In this document: positions 26,071-36,870 of the stretch, piece by piece | How positions within the stretch are numbered: the first letter of the stretch is position 1 | How the letters are laid out: each line of letters starts with the position of its first letter | From: Epiperipatus broadwayi | Taxonomy: Eukaryota; Animalia; Onychophora | Direction of reading: 5' to 3' | Length of the DNA: 64,000 bases | Assembly (NCBI GenBank): GCA_028023455.1 | Contig: JAQFVV010000003.1 | Location: 19,902,001-19,966,000 of the forward strand | Notes under the pieces: model-generated | What the model saw: the letters and a program-made list of their open reading frames with translations, nothing else | Databases searched by the model: none | What the model was told of the DNA's origin: nothing | Translations under genes and position numbers: made by a program

Positions 26071-29000
26071 TCAAACCACACCACATATTAACGACCATGT
26101 TTGGTCTGTTAACCATCTCTGGCAGAATTTCTTATTGCTAGCTTTGAACTCATGCAGTGATTCCAAAATCATCTTTAATGGATCAATGTCTGTACCTTTT
26201 TTGAAAATCAGTCTATTCCTGAGAATCCAAATGCTAAAAGTAATAAACATAGTAAGTCTGATCCATCCAAAAAATCCTTTCTTGAATGCCTGAATTAAAT
26301 CCACACAGGCAGTCTCTTTGTTTACAATGAAAGACTTTAAAATGTGCGCAAATTAACTCATGTTTCACATTCTTTCAATATATGTTCCACTGTTTCTTCT
26401 TGTTTTCTACACATTGAACAGATAGGGTCTATACCATAGCTTCGTCGATAGTGCAAGAAGGCAGCTGCAGGCAAGGCCCCGAGGTTGACCTTGATGAGAA
26501 AATCAATTAATCTAGGCTCCAATTTTAGTCGCTTAGTCAACCTTGAGAATCTTAGAATTCCTATCGGAAGTATATTTTCAATATTTGGTTTGTTAAGATT
26601 TATAGCATTATATGTGCTCCAATAATTTATCTTATTTTGAAATAGCGTTGAGGCGACACTGGTCTTGAAACTATCAAGTACCAGCCTCACCTGTTGTTGG
26701 ATCCAGAGTTTACTCATTTTGGGAGGCCGATCCATCTCTGGATTATTAGTAAAAAGTTTGCATAAAATATTGTACGTGCTTTGCACTAAAAATGTCCTAA
26801 TCGAGTGTAGGCCTAATCCATTTTGTTGTCTAGGTCTTTGCAGGAGCTTAGGCTGATGACAGGAGCCTTTCGCACTCAACATAATTTTCTACATTGGGTT
26901 TCAACATTCCTTAGGCTTTCGTTGGAGAGAACCCCGCAAGGAAATGTTATTTTTGAAAGCATGACTGCATTCATCAATGCTACTTTCCCGAATAAAGACA
27001 AGTAGACTTTTCTCAGGGAGGTGACAAATTTTCCTATTTTAATTAATAAAACATCTTGGATTTCTTTTCTCATTTTAAAAGGAGAAGTAAGATGAAATCC
27101 CAGGAACTTTTGAGAGGGAGCCTTAAACCTGCCGGGAATTTGTTTTCCGGTCCTAATTACCATATGGCCGATTTCTCCTATTGACCCTTAGACTGAATTC
27201 TAATTCGAATCGGTCCAAGAGCTCTTCCAGCTTTGCAATCTCCTCCAGTGAAGAGAGAAACACCACCACATCATCCATATAGGAAATGTGATGGATGTTC
27301 TCCTTCGGCAAAGGAATGGCTATCCCTTTAAGAGATGCCTCGATGCTTAACAGGAAGGGATTCACATAAGCTGTAAATAGGAGCGCACTCAGAGGTGAGC
27401 CCTGTGGAATGGAGACACAGGGCTGAAAACCTTGAGACTCATTCATCTAAAGACAGAAACACTTCACGATTTTGCAGGTTCTCTATCATCTGGAGGTATG
27501 CTGGAGGTACAAAACCCTTAAGAATACATCAACTCTAACACAAAGGCTGCAGCGAAGTAAAGCTGAACTGCGATTGACTGAGACATCCTTTTCATGCATA
27601 CCTGTTCTACCAGGAGGGGAAATGGACTTACCGCATCACCCGTCAACCCCCCCCCCTTGGCAAACTGATAGGCAGACAGCTGGGCTAAGATGTTATCTTG
27701 TATATCAACCTCAATCAGGCCCTCAACTGTCTTTATCATTAGAGGGATCATTGATATAGGCCTAAGATTCCCCAGGTCCTGAGGGCCCTCCAGCTTTTTG
27801 ACCAGGTTGATCCCTGGAAGTTCCTGGCTGCCATCAGCCAATAAATCTGCCAATTCCTTTAGAATGGGTGCTGTAAATGCACTCAGATGAAGTAAGAGGA
27901 ATCTGGGAATTCCATGCAAACCAGGATGTGTCTTCTCAGGCATCAATTTAATCCTTTGAATAATCCTACTTTCCATAATTTTGTGTGTTGGTGATTTCTC
28001 TACATTAAAAGTTTCTCTAATAATCATAGTTCCTGGAGGTCGGAACTTTTTAACATAATAATCATGAATTTTGATAAGCATGGAAGTCCCAGCATATAGT
28101 TTGCCATCCATCTCAATCACCCACGGTGCCTTTGCATTCCTGCCAGAACCAAGGGCCCACCTAAGGTAGCCCATAGTCCAACAATGCTGGTGGTTAATAA
28201 ATTTCCATGTCCTCTTGATTGACAGGTACTCGGCAAATGCCCTCTGTGACAATAATCAAGTCAATGTTTTGGGCTTCAAGAGGCAAACCAATCAATTTAC
28301 TGACTATTTTATCCATTTCTCCCAACATGTGTATTGGGCCTCGGGATCTAGTGGTACAATTATTTATTAATTTTTTCCAAAATCTTTGTGAAATTGCATC
28401 CATGCATCATAAGCTGGAAGCCTGAGTAAGTTGACTTTATTAATAAAATGTAAGCCTCTGAAATCAATTGAGTATTAATGTTGGCACGAGTCAACATCGT
28501 TTTTGGTAAGTCTGACACCACTTCACTAAAATCATTGCCAAAGAACTTAAATTCAAGTGAAAAGTGGTCTGAGAACATTGTGTGCCGAAGCTCTGCTGTT
28601 AAGGTATTAAATAATATTGGGAAGACAAAGAGCAGGTCTATCAAGGTCTTCACATTTCTATTATAAAAAGAAAAGGTCTTTTCTGGAAAAAGAGGTCTAC
28701 AACTAATTAAAGGTATGTTGATTGACTGAATGTATCTGTTTTGAAATTTATCATAAGTGAGATTAAAATCACCAACTATTATCGTGGGAAAGGGGCTTGT
28801 TCTCAGTGATATATTGTATTACTTTATGAATTATTACAGACTGTCTTGATAAATACACGTTAATTAGATGTAAAATTACGAATTTTTATAATTGCAATAA
28901 GACAATTATTGTCAACTTTAATGATCTTAAAGAAATTAATTGGTGATGTTTTGTTTAATATGATAGCAACCCCTCCCGCAGCCACATTGGAGAAAGAATA

Positions 29001-29190
29001 ATGAAAGAAACCTGGTGAGTTAATTTTCTCAATTATTAGTAGATCAGTCTGGAGTTGGATCTTTGTCTCCCCAAGACACAAAATATCAGGAGCCTGAGTT
29101 CTAAACCAATGCTCCAAGGCAAAGGCTCTATTATGAGAATTCAGACCCCTAATATTGATGGATGCAATTTTTATAATAAATAATGAGGAT
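26071..29190 (-). pseudogene. LINE ORF2 (APE endonuclease, reverse transcriptase, CCHC finger), disrupted
   Basis: ORF fragments 28860-29117, 28360-28653, 28194-28403, 27518-28252, 27153-27446, 26876-27163, 26358-26882 and 26071-26304 are collinear pieces of one ORF2. Confidence 0.92.
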
Positions 29191-32078
29191 TATACCTCTT
29201 TAATGAAAGGCTCTGGTCTTCATCGTTTTTTATTTCTAGTCTCTTTAAACTTATCTAATTCTAACTCATGATCTGGGGTCAAAACTATCTCCTCCTGGTC
29301 AATAACAAAGGAAGATCCAGGTTCAACATCTAGCCCATTCAGTCTGGTTTCATAGGTTTATCATATAACCACATCAATTTTGCACTCTGAAATATCTCTA
29401 GAACTTGTCTCAATAAGACAGTCTGCCCAATCTGGAGAGTTAAGTCGGGACTTATCAAGAAGCGGAGATACAGTTAATTGATCTGAAAAATCTACCAGGT
29501 CTTCTGTGGGCACATCTTCAATATACAAGATGGCCTTAGGAGATGCAGAGGTTGAGAGATTAGGTCCAAATTTCCTCTTTCTTTGAGGGAGCCGCCAATT
29601 CCATCTTTCACTTCTTTGCTCTCATGAACTGAGACTTTGGAAGTGTTAGACCTAAGCTCTTCCATCTAAAAGCTGGTATCACATGAAGGTCTTTTTAGAG
29701 TCCTAGATTGAGAGGAAATTTCTTCTTCCATTTGCTGGTCTTATATTGCTTCGCATCTCTGACTATTCACTACATCTCTTCTGTCATTTCTTTGTTCAAC
29801 TCTTGAAACCACTGTAGGCCATGGAGCATGTATTGTTGGATTTTTAGATTGGCATCTATGATTTCTCTTTTTTATGGTTCCACACAATTTCTTCTTCCAT
29901 TTGCTGGTCTTCTATTGCTTCGCATCTCTGACTATTCACTACATCTCTTCTGTCATTTCTTTGTTCAACTCTTGAAACCACTGTAGGCCATGGAGCATGT
30001 ATTGTTGGATTTTTAGATTGGCATCTATGATTTCTCTTTTTTATGGTTCCACACCAATTGCACTTCTTATCTGGGCAATCTCTCATTAAATGCCCATGCC
30101 GCTTACAATGAAAGCACTGTGGGGCTATACCTCTCAAAATAATGATCAAGGGTGATTCAGTAAAGGTGAAATTCCTTTCTTTAGCAATATTTTAAATGTC
30201 GCTATATTTGTCAATATTTTGTCATCCAAATCTTTAATTGATTGATATTGAAAATTTAAAATCTTCCCAAAATGACCAATAATTTTTTGGAGATCCGCAA
30301 TTTTGAAATTAATTCCGCAGTTGCGGACAATTCCTTCTAGGCATGTTGGTCTATTAAGATCAATTACTACCAGAAAAAGATCTGCCAACACTTTGAAATT
30401 GTTCTTGAATGCTTCCTTGACAAATGAATTGTTAAATTGTATGATCACATACCTATCATTCGGATGGAATAGTATTTTTGTATATTGATTGGCAGAGGCC
30501 CTGCTGTTTAAGGAGCCTATATAAATCATGGATAGGAAATTTATAATAAGATATTTATCCGTAGTCGACATAATAAGAGCATTTTCATGCTTATAAGTCT
30601 GAAAAGATCTCATAAGAATTGCCGGAATTGACTGAGAGAATTTTTCGGAAATTATTGAATGTAACTCTGGGTTATTACTAAGTTCTTCTATGATATTACT
30701 TTGAGAGTCAGATGTAATTTCTTCCATCAGATCACTTTCTTCATTAACAATAATTTGCAGTGATTTTAAATAACTTTCATTTTGTTCACATTCTTGGGAT
30801 TTATTCTGCATGTTTATATCATTTAAATTTTTTGAATTACTATTAATCATAGCTTTCTCAGCATAGGATATTGGTTGTCTTTCTCACATTTTGAATTTCT
30901 TTAGTCCATATCAATGGATCTTGTTTAGTAAAGTTTGAATTATTATTAGATTTCAGTGGTGGAAAATTTGAGCTTGAAAGATGATTAAAATTTCCCTGTA
31001 AATGATTTTGAGGGTTATTTATTTTGTTTTTAGGGTAACCTTTCTGATTTCTTTGATTTTATTCAAATTTTTTTGAGCCTAGAGTATTTTCAACAGGAGA
31101 CTTTTTTAATTTAGTATTTGCAATAGTAGGAATTCTACTTTTTAGTTGTGTTGAATGTACATTTTTAGTTTTTGCCCCTTCTGAAACATTTTCCTGATAA
31201 AGACCATTTCTAAGATTTCTTATGGAACTGTTTATGTCTTCATTTATCTTTGAGTCATTTTTAAAACTTTTCATAAAATTGTTTATTCCTTGTTATTTCA
31301 CCAATCTGATTCATTTTGCTTTTATTTGCTGTTTCATTTCTTCCCCGGGTCAGATAATTATTCTCTCCTGAAGTAGAAGGTTCAAATTGATGTTTTATAT
31401 GGTCTTTAGACTTTAACTGTCTATTTTCTGCTTTATTTTCATTACTGTTTTCATTTAACGCTACTTTTTTAATGTGATTTTTTCCATGGTGCCACTTCTG
31501 CGCTGTTGTTTTTCTTATATCTCCCTTCCCCTTCATCAGAAAATTCCAAAACTGGTCTTAAATCAAAGGTCTCATCATCCTCTGTCATATCAGTTCTTAA
31601 AATTGAGATCGAATTTAATTCCTGACCACTTTTTTTGCTAAGACAATTTTCCCCGTTGTCAACAACTTCCGGTTCATCAAGTAAATATCGTAACTTTTGG
31701 AATTCGTCGATTTTTCAATATAACTTTTTTGTTCTTTGGAGTTTTCACTGAATTTTTTTTTTTTTGTTTTGCTAATTTTATTTTTTCTCATATTTGATTT
31801 GTTATTAACACCAAATCCAGGATTTAAATTGTCTAATTTGTTCTGAAACTATAGATTCTCTGAATCATTTTTTCTATAATTTTTCCTGTTATACTTTCAC
31901 TGTTCTTAAATCTATTTGGGAGTTCTAATGAAAAATTGTTTTCATAATCACTATTAACTTGCTGTTGCTTTCTGATACTCTTCTTACTAACAATTTTGAA
32001 GTCAACTTCCAAGGTAACACTCTTTTCTTGAGAATTTAGTTATTTATTTTTCCCTTTCACTTTTGCATTGGCAGCCAT
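29172..32078 (-). pseudogene. LINE ORF1 (gag-like, zinc knuckle), disrupted
   Basis: Candidate start ATGGCTGCCAATGCA at 32078; fragments 31261-31536, 31059-31274, 30146-30850 and 29856-30149 (CX2CX4HX4C knuckle) continue to an S/D-rich tail ending near 29172. Confidence 0.8.
29717..30054. repeat. Near-identical 169-bp tandem duplication inside LINE ORF1
   Basis: AATTTCTTCTTCCATTTGCTGGTC starts at 29717 and again at 29886; I saw only about one substitution between the copies. Confidence 0.92.
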
Positions 32079-32299
32079 TTGCATCAAATTATTTTAGCGA
32101 GTAAATTGACTTTTCTACTAGTAAAAAATATACTTACAAATCTTTTTGAGTATTCACTTTTGCAATTCACTCCACTTAAAGTGTGAACAAGCCCTTTTAA
32201 GGTAGGCCACCTAGACAGTCGACTGTTACAGATGGCCTAAATAATATTAATAAAATTCCAATTTAAATACTTTATCCTTTGCTATGCTTTTATGAATTA

Positions 32300-33860
32300 A
32301 TCAAAATAGTTCAATTATTTCAAATGATCACTTTCTGTTTAATATTTTTAAAAAATAAACTTTCAATTTGTTGAAATAAATGATCTGCCAAAAGGTCAGC
32401 TCCATAAATCATCATGGTTCCTTTTTTCTGAGTCCTTTGTGTTGCTCTGTTATTCAAACATCCATGTTAGTCTTTCCTTCAAGATTATGTGTAAACTTTT
32501 TTTTCCCACTCTCCTCAGTCCCAGCATTAATTTCATAATTTCTCTAGTCCTAAATACAAGCAATGTCTAACCCTGTTGTTTCTCACCTAATTAATTTATC
32601 AAATAATGTTTTTGTCTAATTTTCAATATTCCTAAATTTTGTCCTCTCAACTATTTTATCATTCTTTTCCAAATCCTCATCTTTAAAGTTTCCAAATATT
32701 TTCACTAACTTTCACTTCTCTGAGTCTTTGATCCAAATTTGTAAACCAAGATTCCAAATCAATACTTAACAAACCTTTCATCAAAGAGTTACAAAAAAAT
32801 CTTAGTCTTACTATAAGTCTTTTTAATCACAGCAATTCTCTCTCTCATTCTAAAAATATTACAACAAATTCCAACAACCCTGATTAACATTCTATCAAGT
32901 TTATCCTCCTTATTCACAAGTAAGGCTAAATCATTAGCAAATAATCTAATAAAATAAACCATTTTCCCAATAATAATTCCAGTCTTATCAATATAATTCC
33001 TATTTATCCTTTTAAATTAATAAATATTAAATAAACCCAAAGTACTCATTTTATTCCTTTTTCTGTAACTTTGTTCCCTAAAGAAAAAAAGACCATTTAT
33101 TTGATTTTAAATATCTTCAGACATATATACAAATTATCTAACAATCAATTCTCCTAATCTAAACATTTTCTCTTTAGAAAATCAAAAAAAGTAATCCAAT
33201 TCGCCTATTAAAAACATTTTAAAATTAATTAAACAATTGACTGTTAATCTATTTTTATAAATTTTTCAATAATTGTCCTTCTACTTATCTATTTTTTTTT
33301 TAAAAAACTGAAACTACTGTTCAGATAAAAATATTTACTGGAAATTCATTTACTTAAATCCCAGGAGCACTATTTATGATCACATTTTGCCAAAACTGAA
33401 CTGTTTTCTAATGAAATCATAGCAGTTAAAAGAAAATCCACTGATTACTCCTCTAAATTATGTCTTTCTTTTTTTTCTCTTATAAATTCAATTGGAAATT
33501 AATTATCACCTATAGATGGTGAAAATTCTTCCTAATTATTACATTTACACCATCTTCATTCATTAATGAACAACCTATTTCTTCTTGTAAAAGCCTTGTC
33601 ATGAAAATCATATATATTTTTCAAAACCAACTATCAATCATTCTTTCTTCTAATACTACATGGGATTCAATAATTCAGTTTCCCAATTTACTCATCATAC
33701 CATAAATGAATTCTAAGTATTTATTGCTAATTCTTCTTAATCAATGATATAGTTGTGTTAGCTTCTTCTATCATTTTATTCATCATTTTTAATCCAAGGT
33801 TTTTTTGTTCTTTAATCCACTTAATAAACTATTATCAATCATGTAACTTCTTTTAAATTT
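32300..33860 (-). mobile_element. Older, heavily decayed LINE reverse-transcriptase fragment
   Basis: Minus-strand translation LFNIY...GIIIGK...IRLFANDLALL is a degenerate LFADD RT motif near 32930-32950; purine-rich coding-like composition with many stops. Clade not assigned. Confidence 0.7.
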
Positions 33861-35332
33861 ATTATTATTATTAATAATAAAAACATGAAAAAAAAATCAC
33901 GTTTCTTTAGTTTCTTTGTCTATATTGTTAAGATGTTTGAGAAAAACAGCCATTTAAATAAAAATAATTACTATGCCAGAAGGAATCTAAAATTTATGAA
34001 TTACAGATATTCACTTTACAAAAACTTTGTTTTCCTTCTATTTTTCTAATGAACATTCAATATTATTGTCTAAATACCAATTTATGTTTTTATCTTTTTT
34101 TCATTTATTAACTTTGTTATATTATTTGTACATTAAACCATTTCCATCATCTAATATTATTAATTAAGCATTGGATGTCTTAAAAAAAATTTAACTTTAT
34201 TTAAATCTTCCTATTACATTCAACTGTTAGTAATATAGCACCCAGGTTGGTATATGCACAATGTTTTATCTTAAAAAATTATCCAAGTACAGTAATTTAA
34301 AAGTGTATTTAATATTAATTCCTTTCATATGTACATTGACTTTGGTCCTCCAGAAAGTTGACTAAAGAGCAGATATGCAATTGTTAGAAACATCATAAAA
34401 GACTAACCAATTGCTAATTTGTTTGTTAATGCACAAATCTTCTTTCCAATAAATTTGCCATGTAATGGGAATCATTAAATTAGCTTTCCAGAAGATCCTT
34501 TAAAGATCTAAATATTTTGGTAATTATAATTGGTTTTCCCTTTGAGTAAAACTATATAAGTACTTCATTATTGGTCTGGCATAATAAAAAACTGAAAAAT
34601 ATTTTATTTAAATTGATCACTAATAAATCTTTTATATTTTTATTTTTGGAATATATCAAATTTATTAAAAATTTGTTAACAGTATAAAATTACATATATA
34701 TTTATATAGATATTCTTTTCTTTCTATTTCAATTATTTATTATAATTTTTTTTTTTTTTTGAGATTATATGATTAAACTGGTAGTAACAATTTCATTTTC
34801 ATAAAAAAACAAAAATACTGAAGATTTTTATAGTCATATTTAAATCAGTAATAGAAGAGAGAATATACTGGATATCTGTTTTGCATAATCCTGAGAAATA
34901 GATTTGTCATTGTGGTCACACAAACACAAATTATTTAAAATAAATTTAAATTTCATTCAAAAAAGAAAAAACAAAATCAGCAACCAGAAGGATAGATTTT
35001 ATGAAATGTGAGACTAAAAATATTTTTCTTAATATATAAGTGATATGAAGAGAAACATCAGTTTGTCACATCAATAATCATATAATGTAATTGAATGATT
35101 TATTTTAGCAATGTAAGTAATATAGAAAAATAAAAAATATATATTAAAGTGAACTCAATGGCAGAAATAATTGAAGGTCTTGATTAAAAAAACTTTACTG
35201 TTGATTAACAGACAAATATGAAAACTATAGTTGAATTCTTCTGCAAAAATAACTGTCCCAAGTAATTATAAAAATTGACAATGAATCTTACCTACATCAA
35301 GATGAACACAATCTTTAAATATATATATCAAT

Positions 35333-35939
35333 CAGGGCTGGTGGAAGGCGATAAACTAGGCATAAGGGCGCTGATACAAAAGGGGAGTGAAAATGTGCAG
35401 AATTAAGAATATATTTTTGTTGTTACAAATATTGATTAATTTACGAATATTAATTAATGCAACTCGATTCATTATTTCTATAAAATAAGGGGATAGAAAC
35501 ACATTAAAATAAACAATCACTTCTTGAAATGTGATTTATTAGTTATGATTTCTTAAGGTGGGTTTACACAGTCCATATTTGACATCACGTTGCTATGTAA
35601 TGCACAAATGGAACAATCCGATTTACTATTACTATCCATTCCTTTATAAATACATTGTCGTTATTTGGTATTTCTAAAATAGTAATAATAATCAGAACTT
35701 GCAAATTTTTATTGGTTTATTATAAAAATAATATTATCCTAAATTTATTGTATCAAGCAAAATTTAATAAAAAATCCAAGAAGTCTTTCCAATACTTTTA
35801 TAGTGTTTGAAATTCTTGTAATAATTTTGAAAAAAAAATCGCAGTTTTCTATTTAGTTTTAAAAACAGCATAAAAATAACTTTAAAAGGGGAGGGGGGGA
35901 TGATACACTAATAAAATACCGGAAAAAAAAATATACCCA
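35333..35939 (+). mobile_element. Possible left part of a hAT-type non-autonomous DNA element, truncated at an LTR-like insertion
   Basis: Starts CAGGGCTGGTGG...AAGGGCGC...AAAAGGGG, a typical hAT-MITE-style end; matching right TIR not found. Confidence 0.3.
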
Positions 35940-36300
35940 TGTAACAGTCAGAATCATGTGTTCAGCCAACAAGATTCAGAGACCTGGCAAAAGTACATCA
36001 AACCCATCATGTTCGGGATATGGTAGTCGCAGAGCAGTAATAAGCTCTAACCTATTTGCCAGTGCTCCAAAATCTCCACTATCCGACCAACGGTTCTGAT
36101 GCCACTAATAGTAATCATTTTCTTTCGGTCCCAGTGATCTGGGTGAAACAAAGACTCTACAGATTCAAACTCAGCCTCAGTCATGAATTAGTTAATAAAT
36201 TAATTGTCAGATACTCACCAGCTCCCATGAGAACCTAAGACTTTGACAATGCTTAGAATACTGTTTTTATCTAGTTCAGGGGTTTTGAGTAGACTCATAG
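35940..36300 (+). mobile_element. LTR-like element start (TGTAACAGTCAGAAT family)
   Basis: TGTAACAGTCAGAATCATGTG..CAACAAGA...GGCAAAAGTAC aligns by eye with 45848 TGTACCAGTCAGAATTGTATG..TAACAAGA...GGCAAAAGTAT. Right boundary uncertain. Confidence 0.55.
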
Positions 36301-36444
36301 ATCATTTAACTAAGTGTGGATATAGTTGGATGAGTGTGGTGAACCAAGGAAAGACACGACAAATGTATAAACATAAATATACATAATTTATTAAGAACAA
36401 ATTCAATAAGATATAGGATAACAATGATATTATTTGGATCTCAT

Positions 36445-36870
36445 TATGATCCATGTATGAGCATTACAAATGAACTAGAAATTAATAATCACAACAATAT
36501 TTAAATATCAGTATGATACGTGAATGAGCATCACAAAGGAACTGTATAATAATAATAACAATATTTTGGGTATCAGTATGATACGTGTATGAGCATTACA
36601 AATGAACCAGAAGTTAATGATGATCACAACATTTAGGTATCAGTATGATACGTGTATGAGCATTACAAAGAAACTATGTTAATAATGATAACATTTATGT
36701 ATCAGTATGATATGTGTATGAGCATTACAAATGAACTAGAAGTTAATAATAACAACAATATTTAGATATCGGTGTGATACGTGTATGAGCATTACAAAAG
36801 AACTATAGGTTAATAATGATAACATCTGTGTATCAGTATGATACGTGTGTGAGCATTACAAGAACTATAT
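36445..36870. repeat. Minisatellite, seven units of 62-67 bp, inside an LTR-like segment (about 36335-37180)
   Basis: GAGCAT(T/C)ACAA recurs at 36459, 36526, 36591, 36658, 36720, 36787 and 36851; all but the first are preceded by a TATC(A/G)GT(A/G)TGATA(C/T)GTG-type motif. Confidence 0.95.

Larger units (their letters stand above)
25970..32240 (-). mobile_element. Near full-length, frameshifted L1/Tx1-clade LINE
   Basis: Ordered minus-strand domains: ORF1 with zinc knuckle CFHCKRHGHLMRDC; ORF2 APE endonuclease (IASINIRGLN, PDILCLGETK, SDH), RT (LRPISM, QGSPLSALLF, YMDD) and C-terminal CSMCRKQEETVEHILKEC. Both termini approximate; TSD and poly(A) not identified. Confidence 0.95.

Noticed and set aside
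32203-32239. HDV-like ribozyme at the LINE 5' end
   Set aside because: A P1-like stem exists, but P1.1, P2 and the J4/2 catalytic C could not be placed; kept only as a generic hairpin finding.
335-34520. Several minus-strand hydrophobic frames interrupted by single stops (about 335-415, 14345-14440, 17270-17370, 20710-20935, 34300-34520), suggesting stop-codon reassignment or a decayed membrane-protein gene
   Set aside because: T-rich strands give F/L/I/V-rich translations by chance; splice sites are inconsistent, no family is recognisable, and the TE ORFs in the window read with the standard code.
35292-35312. Possible 21-nt minus-strand microexon (AG|ATTGTGTTCATCTTGATGTAG|GTAAGA)
   Set aside because: Good donor but no polypyrimidine tract; too short to support without RNA data.
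36445-36870. CRISPR-like appearance of the regularly spaced repeat
   Set aside because: The intervening sequences are homologous to each other rather than unique spacers, no cas genes are present, and the context is eukaryotic.
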